The position numbers and the translations under genes are program-made. Below are positions 51,270-64,000 of a stretch of 64,000 bases of DNA, one piece after another. Source of the stretch: Eledone cirrhosa (taxonomy: Eukaryota); the NCBI GenBank assembly GCA_964016885.1, contig OZ024741.1, forward strand, positions 43,834,001 through 43,898,000, read 5' to 3'. The notes below the pieces were generated by a model that had not been told where the DNA came from, searched no databases, and was given only the letters and a program-made list of their open reading frames with translations. Position 1 is the first letter of the stretch; each line of letters opens with the position of its first letter.

Positions 51270-52600
51270 GTAGGTCTCCGTCCAGGCCACCTCAAGTAGT
51301 TACTATTCCCCCTCTCCGCTGAGGCCGGGCGCCGCTTTCAGAGTGCAACTGTGGCACTCACCAATAGGCTTATCCATGGCACCCTGGTCCCTCACGCTCG
51401 AGGCCTCTTTTTTTCGGCTAGCCTCACCGCTCTCGGGAAGAAAGAGGGTGGCATACGCCCCATCGCTATGGACAATGTCTTCCGCAGGGTGGCTCCCAAG
51501 GTGGTCTGTAGTTCCATAACACAAGAACTAGGTGAGGAGTTCAGTCCGGTGAAACTGGGTGTCGGCGTGTCCAGTGGCTGTGAGGGGACCACACATGCAA
51601 CGAGGCAGTTCTTCAACACCTTCCCACCGGAACCGGCATCCAGGGTCTCCAGGTACCTCATTGTCAAGCTTGAAATGAGGAATGCCTTTAACTGTTTACG
51701 CCGGAACCATCTGCTCGATGCCTGCCTCAGCCGAGCTCCCTCTGCCTAACCGCTGGGCTACCTGTCGTATGGAACCCCGAGCATGTTCCTTGCTGCTGAT
51801 ACGGTCATATCTTCGGCCACTGGGGTCCAACAGCGTGACCCTTTAGGCCACCTCCTGTTTGCCCTTGGTATAGACCACATCGCCCGGAGTATCACGGCCC
51901 CTCGCAACGTTTGGTATCTGGATGATGCCACGTTGGGCCGGCCCGTACGGACTATCTGCCATGACCTACAATCGGTGGTTCCTGCCCTGGCGGGAATCGG
52001 CCTCCAAGTAAACACCTCCAAGTCGGAGGTGGTGAATGTCGGCCACAATTCTGAGAGGTTTTCAGCCTCCGTCTCGGATATGTGGTCCATTCTCCACCTG
52101 GTACAGGTGACCCCCAAAGGGGATGTCCTCATCCTCAGGTCACCGATTCACCCGCAGGCCATCCGCTCCATCATCAGGTCCAGGAAAAAGGTCGGATGGC
52201 ATGACCATCTTCCCGTTCCGCGGTGGCAAACCCCTCGTCTCGGATGCCACTTGCACCGACACTTTCTGCAGCCGCAACCTGGTGCAGTCTGCGATTATCT
52301 AAGGTTCTGCTGCACCGCGGGCTGTGGAGGCCAAACTCTTCAAATACCGGCCACTCTCCAACAGGTTTGCGGTTGTACCCCTGGCAGTGGAGACTTCGGG
52401 TGTTCTCGGCCGTAGGGCTACCTTCCTACTCACCACCATAGGCGCTGAGCTGGTTAGCCACAGGTGTGAGCCCCGCGAGTTGGAGTGGCTTTTCCAGCGC
52501 GTCTCTCTGCCGTCATCCGGGGAAACACCTTTTTCTCTATTCCGTCCGCCGGGGTGTGTGGGGAGACAAGGTGATTATATTACCAATTCTGTGGAATAGT
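51270..52600 (+). mobile_element. CRE-like RLE non-LTR retrotransposon fragment with internal deletion
   Basis: ALGKKEGGIRPIA..FRR, LGVG..GCE, NAFN, GVQQRDPLG, WYLDD, then RLE-end motifs KY..FAVVPLAVETSGVLG..LFQRVS. Confidence 0.8.
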
Positions 52601-53287
52601 CTTAAATACTTCAATATTTTGAGAAGTGTTTCCTAGAATATCTAGAGCTGTTTATGTCACTGAAGTAAATGAAATTCTCTGAACTTAAACATTCGATCAA
52701 CAGTGATCAATAATGTAGTTCTGTGGACGAAGCATGGATTATTGGTTAAGAAATTTCCTTTATGATAGGGTTCCGTGTAATCTTGAGGGATTGGTATTTA
52801 CTCTATTCTCGGGTCGACCCAGGCGTTAAGAGTAGAATTCACTACGCGTGATGCATCGAACTTACTGTAACTGCTATTCTAGCTCGTCGAATTACCTACT
52901 ATAAAAAAATATCCAATCTTTACTCACATTATGTCAGACTATATTCCTTCGAGAATTTCGTTAAAGGTACCTGTGGCTGGAGTGCTCAGCCGCATACATA
53001 TACAAACAGGGTATTATGATGATCAAACAATCAATAAATGTTTAGTCTTTTCCATTTATAAAAGTGCTACACTATTCAGACTACCTGAAATATTTCTATT
53101 CGTAATAAACAGAAATATATACCATTGAGGTTACTTTTTTTTAAAAGCCGTTTTATTTATTGATATAAGTTTGAAATAAAATGTATTCAGTGAAATTAAA
53201 ATGTATTTGTCTTACACAGAAATTTGTATTATTCATTTGTATTATTTTTATTTTGACTTTATATTATGACAGATTTATTTTATATAG

Positions 53288-53348
53288 ACAGGAATACAAC
53301 GGTGGAGCGATTGAGAAATGTTGAAGAATCAGAAGGTCATTTTAGATG
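53288..53348 (+). CDS. Candidate short internal exon
   Basis: ttattttatatag|..|gtaata; frame (D)RNTTVERLRNVEESEGHFR. Confidence 0.2.
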
Positions 53349-53658
53349 GTAATAATTTCCAGTTATTAATCGACTTTATACGTGCTATTTGAATAGAGTT
53401 GTTAATTCTAATCATATATATTATTTATTATTAAAACATAATAATTATTGATATATTCAGTAATATCTTATTGCAAAGTTTATATTTATATCACCCAGTC
53501 ACACTCATGCGGTGTACATACAGCCCGCCCCCCATATATATATATGGGGTGTGTCTGTATGTGTGTTTACATGTATGTATGACGTATATATTAATATGAA
53601 AATAAATACGTACTCAACATATGTGAGTGAGTATATACGAAAGAATGTATATCTCTTT

Positions 53659-53700
<42 letters not shown>

Positions 53701-54200
53701 CGATCACATTGTCAATAACTGTTTGATATATAGAGTTCAAAAACTCATAGATATTCATGAAAGGATTGTATGCAGAAAGTAATTATAGAAATTATTTACA
53801 TATTACATACAATGTTTTATCTTAACATATACCAAAATATATTTACAGTTTATCAATATTCTCCAGTGTAGACGATATGTGAGTACGCCCGAAGTAAGAG
53901 ACTGGCTAATATTAAGAAATATAACTCCGATGGGAACATCTAAAAATATTGATCTAAAGGGAAAGCATCAAGTTTGAATCATGTGAGTGTTTCGGCTGTA
54001 AATGTTTTTAGTCACAGCCAATGTATTTTAATATTTCATACTTTGTACGTGACAAAGTGTGAGAATATACATGTTAATGTTTCAGTTCTCATTACATATG
54101 TACAGTTCATGACGAATAGGTTTTTCGTTCGCAATTAATCATATTTAACAACGTTGTAAATGTATTACGGATCTATGAGGTAAATAAATGGGGATCCATT

Positions 54201-54495
54201 CAGAACCGGATTGAATGAAGCCGGCGCAAAGGCAGCAATTACCCTGGCCCCCGTGCAGTGGGGAGCCCCAAACAGCGACGGCCATAACAATTTATTTGTG
54301 CGCTTTTTAGTTTTAGGATGGTTAGGAGTTTTGAAGTTAATACATGTATGTATAAGTTTTAAATTCCAATTACTTGCACCAAACTAACTTTGATATGTAA
54401 AATTGTGAGTTTGGTGTGTATTATAATTTTTATGTGTATGAGCGGCGCCCCCAAACCTGAATTGCCCACACCCCCAAGGTTTAAATCCAGCCCTG
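54201..54495. mobile_element. hAT-type MITE
   Basis: Imperfect TIRs CAGAACCGGATTGAA / TTAAATCCAGCCCTG; 8-bp TSD GATCCATT/GATCCATG. Confidence 0.65.
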
Positions 54496-54524
54496 GATCC
54501 ATGGCTAAGTTTGAGTTATAGACA

Positions 54525-54572
54525 TACATGAGGGCTGGCCTCTCGTTATCGAGTATGGCCATTGCACGATAT
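54525..54572 (-). mobile_element. Extreme 3' end of the RTE family seen at 43640-43680
   Basis: Reverse complement reads TCGTGCAATGGCCATACTCGATAACGAGAGGCCAGCC. Confidence 0.65.
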
Positions 54573-54957
54573 AACATTATTAATAATTATCAATTAATGC
54601 TATCGTGCAATGCCTGTGCGTGAATATTTTTTTAAGTGAGAAAAAAGTGTGCACTGAACTAATCCCATTCTCTGAGTGACAGTAGATATAATCCGAAAAG
54701 AAGAAAAATCAACATAATCGACAACTACTCAGCCGCAGGTATTATGCCGGAGTTATCCAGTTTCCTGAGTTACCTTCTCTTAGAAGAATGCCCTGAAAAA
54801 GGATGGAGGGGTCCTTTACTACCAGTGGTTTAACGGCCCGATCGGGTATTCAGCCCGATTATTGTAATGTTCGCGTATACATATATACATACAAACATAT
54901 ATATGCCACAAATTAATTTACCATTTGGTCAACCGATACTGACAATCCTCCGCCAAT

Positions 54958-55178
54958 AATAATAATGATTTCTACCATAGGCATAAGGCCAGCAAATTTG
55001 GGGGAGGGGAAAGTCAATCAAATCGACCGCAGTGCATTATTGGTGCTTTATTTTATCGACCTTGTAAGAATAAAAGGCAAAACTAACCTCAGCTGGAGTT
55101 GAACTTAGAACGTAAAGGTTAGAACTCTATGCTGCAAGGTATAGTGTCCTACGCTTTACCGATACTGCCAATCTGCAG
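54958..55178 (-). mobile_element. Diverged tRNA-derived SINE of the common octopus type
   Basis: Minus strand: TGGCAGTATCGGTA..GTTCAACTCC (A/B boxes)..GGTCGATAAAATAAAGCACCA..GGTCGATTTGATTGACT, with (TTA)n tail. Family recognised from memory. Confidence 0.65.
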
Positions 55179-55189
55179 TAATAATGAAT

Positions 55190-57050
55190 ATGTCGATAGC
55201 TCCGATAACAATGCGTATGAAGCTGAATGTTAATCTTGGATATTGGATCTCAAACTCCTCATCAATGGTCCGGAGATGTCCTCCTTCTGTATTTTTGTTT
55301 CAACGTTGACATCAAGTGGACTGCTGTTCTCACAACAGAACAGGTTTTCAATGTGTCGTCCCAAACAACAATATCAGGCCGGTTGGGCTTTAATTTGGTG
55401 GCAGTTTTTATTTTCAGGTTCCACCAGTATTTTTTAGTGCCATCTATTTCAACATATTCCTCCTCATTTGGTTTTAATTTGGTTTTCCTAAGTGCGTTCC
55501 AGATGGTTCTAGCTATCACATCATGTCTCATAGGGAGATAGTAAGGAAACGACATTCTTTCGCAGTTGGCAAAGATGTGGCTAACATCTTCGATCTTCGT
55601 TTTACATTCATGGTAGACTGATGGCCCTCCTCTTTTGTGTTGCAGATATTTGGCAGAGATTTCTTGTTCTTGTATTGCATAGATATATTCTTCAAGGTGG
55701 GATGTCATAAACTTATTGGAACGCCATGCCAGACTGTTTGAATGATTTATTCCCTCTATAGTCTGTGTTTTTCGTCTCAGGTACCCTTGCACAGCTTTCT
55801 ATGTAAATTGGTCAATTTTCTTTTTATCTTGTTCGAGGATTGAATAGGATCTTCCAATGTCCACATCAAAGATATTTATATCAGGCCTCATTCGACATCC
55901 CTCATTCATATCAATGGCTATCTTAATATTATTTCCTTCATGCTCATAAACCTGGGCAATATGGTTGCTGACCTTTTTCTTCTGTTGAAGATGTTGCTTC
56001 AGTGTTACTATCTGGGTCTCGTATGATGTTAATATGGATTTTAGACCCCGGCCACCTTCCTTGCATGAGAAGTATAGCCTATCCACACCGCCATTAATGT
56101 TAAAGTTTTCAGTAATACTGAGAAGCTTGCGAGTTCTTACATCCATCTCACTTAGTTCTTCCAATGACTAGTTTAGCAGGCCAAATGTTGGTGTTAGGAT
56201 TGGCACAGCATAAGTATTGTGAGCAATATTTGTTGTACGCTGATAGTTCTGATGACCATATTTTCTATACTCTCCTAGGGTATTCAGTTCTGATTCTCTC
56301 CTCATTTATGGGTCCGTCATATCTGACATTCTCATCCTGTCCAAGATATCTGTAGTTATTATTTAACTGTAGAGGTTGTATTCTCAAGCCGGTTATCTCT
56401 AGATTTCCAAGGCGGGTAAAACCATTCCACGTTTTACTGTCAAATATGCACATTCGGATTCACCAAATTTCATTCTGATGTCTGCAGCAAATTATGTAAT
56501 GAGGTCCAATTCTTTTTTTATATAGTTGGCATTTGGCCCATACAACTTCAGGTCATCAACAAAGAAAATATGCTACATAATTCTGGACCCACTTCTATGA
56601 CCACTTTGTCTTGTGAGCGGGTATGATAGTGGACTTTGTGAGAGGACGAAGAGCCCGCACTAATAAGCTGTCACTCTGAAATATACCTTTCTGGTAGAGT
56701 ATTGTAACAGTCTTAATTTGCTCCGTCTCACCTCTGAGGATCAAATAGGTGTACCAGTTCTTAGTCAGGCGTTCAGCAGCAGCTACTAGTGGCTGTGGTA
56801 CTTTGGCTAACTGTAAAGCCTTAATAATCCACCCATGAGGTACACTATCAAACGCCTTCTGATAGTCCAGCCACGCCACGCCACAGTCATCTTCCTGCGA
56901 TGCTTTGCTGTTTTTTCCTGTATCGTTATGTTTGTTAGTAGGTGATCTATGGGGCCCACTTCTTCTTTCCACCAGCTTGCTCAGGTGTTATAATGTTGGT
57001 GGCACATTCGTCCTGTAAGAATAGATTAAGACCTCCAGTATATACGTCTG
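55190..57050 (-). mobile_element. Second, more degraded copy of the R4/Dong-like element at 1-1960
   Basis: WLDYQKAFDSVPHGWII, YRYLGQDENVRYDGPIN, KEGGRGLK, MRHD, RPDIVVWD; colinear with 1-1740. Confidence 0.9.
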
Positions 57051-57181
57051 TATAGATGACACCTTAAAAACACAAGTAACTGATGTATGTATATATGTAT
57101 ATATGTAAACATGTATATATGTAAGCATGTATGTATTTATGTTTTATAATTGTTTACCAATAGAGAGAGAGATATATATAT

Positions 57182-57289
<108 letters not shown>

Positions 57290-58281
57290 TTGTTTTCTAA
57301 CATATACGTACGTGTGTATGTATGTATTTATATGTGTATGTATGTATGTATGTGTGCATTGTATTTGTCTGATTATGTGATTGTAAGTGTATGTATAAGT
57401 ATAGGTGATACATATTTGAGTATACAATAAAATTAAAAAATCTGAAGCAGTCCTAGTAAAGTTTCCTCTTTAGTAAGATGTATGAAGAAACTCAAAATAA
57501 AATGTGTTACGTTGTATTATAGACAAGTATATGCAGGAAATCGTCTATATAGGTGACTCCTTAAAAACACAAGTATAACGATACAAATACCTGACTGTGT
57601 GTACCTGAATAATAAATACTATGTCATAATAAGAAATTTAAAGGCTGCATCAGAATTCATACTCGTATATTTAGTAATTATAACATGAATATGTTATATA
57701 CGCAATAAAAATAAATATTATTTTATTTAAATTACTAGTGAAGCATCGTAATTGTTAGGTTCGGAAAATGTAAACATTACTGTATAGCAAAGTATATACG
57801 GTTTCCTTATATATATTGTATATTGCATTGTATATTGCATTGTAAATATTATCATGTTTCTATAGGAGGACTGTTATGGTTACATAATGTATTTCCTGTC
57901 GTCTACAGCCGTTTTAATATTCCCAAAATAAGTTCATTTTAGTGTGGACTCAGCGTGACCGAAATTTTGAAATGTTTGCTTCGTAATCATGAGGTCCCAT
58001 CTTCAATCATACCGACTGCAACAGTAATAGTTTCAAGGCAGGAACTCATTTTATCGATTATAGATGATTTGATTAAATTCGCAAATTTAGAAGAAATAAA
58101 CATTCATACACATATATACAGTATATATATATATATATATATATGTGAAAAGTGTAATTTTCTACACAAAACGAAGGTTATAGAGAAAATTGAGGTTGGT
58201 AATGGCACATGGAGTATATAAGAGACAGAATACTTTTTTGTGAAAAAACTTATAATTTTATAAGGTAAGGAAATAATAAAG

Positions 58282-58354
<73 letters not shown>

Positions 58355-58545
58355 TGTGTAGCAAACCATGTCACTCTTCTTTCTTGAATTATATATATAT
58401 ATATATACACCAGAAGGCGTTAAACCCGGTGTTTGCTTAGCTACGGCTTTCTAAATGTTTCCTGTAAAGAAACCGTGTCTCTTTAGAAATACTAAATTTT
58501 TATACATATTAGTATAAAGCTATGTTTGAAGTGGAATCCTATTTC

Positions 58546-58598
<53 letters not shown>

Positions 58599-58599
<1 letters not shown>

Positions 58600-59482
58600 G
58601 AGGTGTGTCAGAAACGTTCCAGGACTGATGTCACAAAAGATTTATTTCAAACCCAAACTTCACACTGAGAGTTTTCTCCTTCAAAGTAACCCCCCTGTAG
58701 TATGTGACAGTAATCTTAGCTCTCTGCAGCGATCAAACGTTTTTCTTCATAATTTTATATACATGTCCTCTGTTTCAGGTCGTCAAGCAATGAGCACAGA
58801 GCAACGAAAACGTTTGAAAACTCCGTCAGAGGCACTGGGATTGCTGCAGCAAATGTATGGAGATGAGACGATATCATGCTCACGTGTTTTTGAGTGCTGC
58901 AAGAGGTTTAAAGAAATATACGAGGTCGTGGAATATGACCCCAGGAACGAAAAGTCATCAACAACCAGGACTGAGGTTAACGTTGAGCACGTCAGGCAAA
59001 TGGTACGTAGCGATCGTCGGCTGACTGTTCGACTGATGGCAAATGAGCTGGGCATGAATCGGGACAGCCTCTGCAAGATTCTCACTGAAGATTTGGACAT
59101 GCGGAAAGTCTACAGGAAGATGGTGCCAAAACAGCTGAACTATGACCAGAAGGATCGACCCATGCAAGTGTGCCAGGACATCCTCGAGCGTCTTGAAACC
59201 GAACTAGACTTGCTGGGGACAGTCATCACCAAAGATCTTTGAGTACGACCCGGAGGGGACCAGTTTTAATGACGTGGATGACATCTAAAAGGCCGTGACG
59301 ACGGAACTGCGGAGGATCCGGGAGAATCCTTCCAGGAGTGCATGCAAACGTGACAGAAAAGGAATGAAAAGTGCATTAGACTCCAGGAGGATTTCTTTGA
59401 AGGAGAAAACTCTTACTGTGAAGTTTGGTTTTGAAATAAATCTTTTGTGATATCAGTCCTGGAACTTTTCTGACCAACCTCG
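58599..59482 (+). mobile_element. Mariner-family transposon, internally deleted, long (~100-bp) TIRs, TA target
   Basis: TA-CGAGGTGTGTCAGAAA..TTTCTGACCAACCTCG-TA. HTH domain (QMYGDE..RVFECCKRFK, DRRLTVR, MRKV..MVPKQL). Most of the catalytic domain is missing after ITKD. Confidence 0.9.
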
Positions 59483-59530
59483 TATATGTATATATACTTT
59501 CAGACGTTCAATCATCTGGCAGGAAGGTAT

Positions 59531-59573
59531 ACGATGCTGACGATAGCTAATAAGCTTGAAACGAGTACATCGT
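59531..59573 (+). ncRNA. Type I hammerhead ribozyme motif in pLTR fragment 59495-59870
   Basis: ACGATG-CTGACGA-TAGCTAATAAGCTT-GAAA-CGAG-TA-CATCGT; perfect 6-bp stem I. Confidence 0.8.
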
Positions 59574-59876
59574 TCCTGTGTCAGTGTTGAACAAAAAGGT
59601 GACGTGGTTGCCTAAACACTGTACGGCGTAATTCGGGCGGTTTCTTTGTTTACAAATAAACCGAGCATTATAATAAATGTTCGGTAAACCGATACGTGCA
59701 TATATATATATATATATATATACGTGTGTATGTATATATATATATATATAAACATACTACTGTACGTCTGTATACATACATGTATGTACGTATACATACA
59801 TACTTTCGTTTAAGTAACTGCCGTACTAAGAGTGAGAAATGAAATTTCGTTTCATTCTATTCCATTTATATATATA

Positions 59877-62800
59877 TATTTCGTTTCTGAATTTGTTTAG
59901 CAAGATTCTTTATCTGAAATCGTGTGTTGAAACCGATATTGTTATACTTTGGGAAGGTGATGTTGCCAATAAGAAACACACGCACCAGTTGTTTTCACTT
60001 CAATTTATAATATATTTATAAATTTATAAATTTATAAACTTATAAATTTCTGGTTGGTTGGTTGGTTCCACAACCAGATAGTTGTTTATATATAGTCATA
60101 GTTCTTTCGTCACACACTCTGTGACCTCTTCAGTGACTGGGGATTCCTTTCTTTGTTTCTGTGCCTCTCCTTTGTTCTGTCCTACGCCATTTTGTTTCTG
60201 TGTGTGTGTTGTGTGCTCAGTCTGCGCATGCGCCACATCCGGGTGTCTGTGTGTGTTTATGTTCATTTATTTATTTGTTTATTTACATGTTACTGGTTGG
60301 TTGTTTGTTCTATGTGTGTGTTTGTTTTCATTTTGTCCTTAATTGTAAGTTGTGATGTTGCTGTTCCACTCATATTTTCTATTTAATTTTGGTTGTAATT
60401 CTTTTATGTTTATTGCCTCTGTAATTTGTCTCAACATTGCGTCTTTTCTGTGTGTAGATTCTATTTTTATTTCTATGTTCTGTAATTTACCCTTGTGTTC
60501 TATCTTAGCATGTTGGTAGAGTACAGATAATTCTTTATTATCTTGAAGGTCTCGCCAGTGTTCATTTATCCGTTCCCCTACACTACGAGCTGTCTCACCT
60601 ATGTACACTATGTTTTTGTCTCTACATTGTCCTTCAGTACATCTGATGCTATACACTACATTTCTAGTTTTACAGTTAATATGGGAGCTTATTTTACTGG
60701 TTATACATTTCTTATCTATACATGAGGGTCTTTGAAAAGGGTATGTCTTGCTAATTAGTGTTTTTACGGAGGTACCTGGTCTTTCTACTATCTTAATATT
60801 GAGTTTATGTTTATTTAGGGCCCTTCTAAATTTCTAAGCTAATTCACCTCTAGGGGTTGTTTTGATGAACATTACACTCTGGTATTTATTGCTATCATAC
60901 CATGAGTTTATTCTATTGGCCTTGTTCCTAGTTCTTTCTATTCTATTCCAAAATTTGCTCCTATACAAGGGGCAGGTCCCTTTTATGTCATTATTTACCA
61001 TTTTTTTCACGTTTGGTTCTGGCTCCTCTATACACTCGAATTTTATCTCTCTGATTGTAGCAAGAGAACTGCATACGGTGGATGAAGTGTTGTATGTGTC
61101 TCTCTAGTTCTTCGGGGTTGCACATGCGGGACACATTCGTCATCACCCGTACCAAATCCGCAATCAGTATGTTGATTTTGGTATGGTCCGAAATGGCCGA
61201 GTTTCGGTGGATCAGATGTTTGGAAGTCATGGGTTTGGCATAATGGCAATGGAGTATTTGTTTTTTGTTGTTAATGGTATCTAACCAGAGCTCTGTGTCT
61301 AGTACAGGTAATCGATGGTTGGGGCGTTTACTTGGGTAGTCTATAGTAACTCTAATGCTCTGGTGGATGGAGTTTGCTATTTGCTGGATGCTTTCCATTG
61401 TGTTTTTCTCTAGTTCTTGACTGTTCTCTAGTGGGGGTGTTTTAACTACGATGTTTATATCATCTACGTAGCGGAGTACATTATCAGGGTTAAGGGATCT
61501 TCTAATTGTTCTTTAAGTTTAAGTTTAAGTCTACTGTCCCACCACACCATGAATAAGTTAGCTATGTCGCCTGAAATGCTAACACCAATGGCTGCTCCTT
61601 CCACTTGGGCATATGTTTTTCCATTAAATTTGAACATAGGTTCCTTAAGGGTTAGTTTTATGCTGGCCCCTACCGCATGTGCAATCATTTTCATCAGTTC
61701 ATCGTGGTTTTCGGGTGTCCGTATGGCTCTGCTCCACCCATTCCATCTATCTGTGTGGGTTTTCTTGGCCATTGAGGTAATGGTAGGTGGTCTGCCTCTT
61801 GCTGGTCTTGTAGGGCACAGGTTGCTAAGGTCATATGTGTCTAGGTAACTATTACTATAAGTAAGCTTAAGTAGGAGTCCCAGCTCACTGGTATCAATCC
61901 CACGGAACTCAACCTTGCTCTCACTGATCATTTCTACGCATTTCTCCACAGCAAAATCCACGTCAATAGATGGATACAGGGATACAACATCGATACTGCC
62001 TATTATGCAGTTTGTTAGATCCCCAGATCGGTTAATCAAGCCGATTCTGCTGAGGAGGTCCTCCGTGCTGTCACATATATATCCGGGGACATTTCAATGA
62101 TGGGACGTATGATCAGGGAGAGGAAGTATGAAAGGCTGTAGTTACTAGCAATGTTAGCTCCACAGACTGGCCGTGTTGGTGGTCCCGCGACAGGGTCACA
62201 GCCCGTTTTATGGTCTTTTCGAAGCCCATACAACGCCGGCACGTCATTGTTCCAGGCCTGGAAGTTGTTGGCAGTCCTTTTGTTGGGCTGCATTATATTC
62301 ATCCACATCACCATATTGGCATTGAGGGCTTTTTCTCTCTCCTCATGCTCCTGTGGTGTTACCTCTCTTGTGTTAGTGATGTGGGTTTGCATTGCCTGGA
62401 TGTAGTTTGGCAGGCTGTCAACCGACAATCTGCCAGACTTGTCTGTTGGAAAGCATGCTATCTCTCCATTACGTGAGCGCTGCATGAGCTTACGCAAGCC
62501 ATTTGCAGATTTTTCTCCCAGTTGCTGGGCATCCATTCTATTATGCTTCTTGCTATACTGTTCTATAATATTTCTAAGTTCGGATCTAGCTATACTAAAT
62601 TGTGCTTCTGTTTGTTCATCGACCTGCGACGGCAATTGCGTGCGTTTGTTAAATGGTAAAGTCATGGCGTGGACTCGTCGCAGGTCGAATGATTTATCGG
62701 AGGGATTATAAAACGTAGAGTTCCAGGCTGCTGCTTTATGTGTACTAGTGCTATTGTTATTGTTAGTTGTGTTGTTTCTATTTCTATTTCCACCAACAGC

Positions 62801-64000
62801 CTCATGGTTGTTTCTATGTCTCTCATAATTACTCCTGTCTGTTTCCACTGGCTCATTGTTGTTATCTACTCTATTTTGTGTGTCTGTGTGTTCGTCTTGG
62901 TTATTCTCTTTGTCCTTAGTCTCCCTTCTCCTGTTAATCCTATTACTTTCCCTTATTTCTGTGATTTCTGTGCTACTGTCATTACTTGTTATCTGTGTCT
63001 GTGTGTCTGTTAAGATTGTGGTGGTGGTGATAGGCATTGAATGCGTGTGTGTTGTTGTTGTTGATGTGTGCTGTTGTTGATGTGTGTTGTTGTTGTCTCC
63101 GTGTGTGTTATTGTTGTTGTGTGTGTTGTTATTGTTGTTTGTGTTTGCGTGTCTGTTGTTGTTGTTTCAGGGTATGTTGTTATTGTTGTTGTAGTTGATG
63201 TGTGTGTTGTTGTTATTGTTGTTTGTGTCTGTGTGTCTGTTGTTGTTGGGATGTGTGTTGTATATGTGTGTGCGTATATTGTTGCTTTTGTTTTTGTATT
63301 TGTTTTTGAGGCTCCAGCGTAGTTTTGTAAATGATTTTTCTATTTCTGACAGACAACTAATCATATTTACCTTCTTGAATGTCGCAAATTTCGGGGGTAA
63401 ACATAACACAGACATGTCATCGTTATCTATTCTTGCGTTACCATATATATTTGTGTTATTGTTGTTGTTGAACTGTTCTGTTAATGAGGTGTCGGCCATA
63501 TTTATACCGTCAATTTTGTCGGGATATCTATTGGTATTCTCTATAGTATCCTGATTTAGCTTTCTCTGCTGAAGCCACTTTAGTTTCTTGTTAAAGTGCT
63601 TACCACATTCTTGAGTAATGTACTGTTCTTCAGGATGTATAAGGCTTATACATATTAGTTTCTCTCTTGGTGTGGTGATTCTAGCTATTTCTTGTATTAG
63701 GTTACGCTTATGTTTTTCTAGAACTTCTTTTTTATGTTTAGAATTAATGTTCGTTTTAGCCTATCTGCTTGTTTTTTGGTGAGTTGTAATCTTCTAACGT
63801 CGGTGTTGATGGTATTGGTGTAGACTTGGGATGAGGCACACTGTTTTATGAAGTGTAGTTGTCGAGATGTTATGGTTTTTCGTAGACAACAGAACATGGT
63901 GGTTTTCAGTATCTTGTTAGCCTGTCTAAGGCTTACGATATTTCGTTTCTGAATTTGTTTAGCAAGATTATTTATCTGAAATCGTGTGTTGAAACCGATA
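59877..64000 (-). mobile_element. Long Penelope-like element with direct terminal repeat (continues beyond the window)
   Basis: PTDKSGR, ALYGLRKDHK, TRPVCGA, IDVVSLYPSI, GAAIG, LPVLD, YSIRC..YIGETAR..RQITEA..LNRKYEW. 59877-59938 is repeated at 63938-64000. Frameshifted. Confidence 0.9.
60094..60138 (-). ncRNA. Type I hammerhead ribozyme motif in the 3' pLTR
   Basis: AGTCA-CTGAAGA-GGTCACAGAGTGTGTGAC-GAAA-GAAC-TA-TGACT. Confidence 0.78.

Overview
AT-rich, microsatellite-dense eukaryotic DNA. It is very probably octopus/cephalopod; this is an inference from the (TA)n/(CATA)n density and a SINE resembling the common octopus tRNA-SINE. There is no confidently recognisable host gene, and most long ORFs in the track are translation artefacts of TA/CA repeats. 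The window is a graveyard of retroelements: two R4/Dong-like and one CRE-like RLE non-LTR elements, RTE LINEs plus a bipartite RTE-derived non-autonomous family, an L1/Tx1-like LINE, a mariner, a hAT-type MITE, and at least five Penelope-like elements (PLEs). The main unannotated signal is about 25 type I hammerhead ribozyme (HHR) motifs found by eye (some degenerate), from about 10 sequence families. Many sit as outward-facing pairs in the arms of 0.3-3.8 kb fold-back palindromes next to (TA)n tracts. One palindrome (25928-26360) is directly traceable to the 3' pLTR of the PLE at 37880-40660. Several HHR families have unusual cores: a conserved U4A core (CAGAAGA, six copies), a compensatory U3-A8 core, U.U at the base of stem II, and a ~115-nt stem II. 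Folding and alignments were done by eye, coordinates are approximate to a few bases, and no ribozyme activity is proven.
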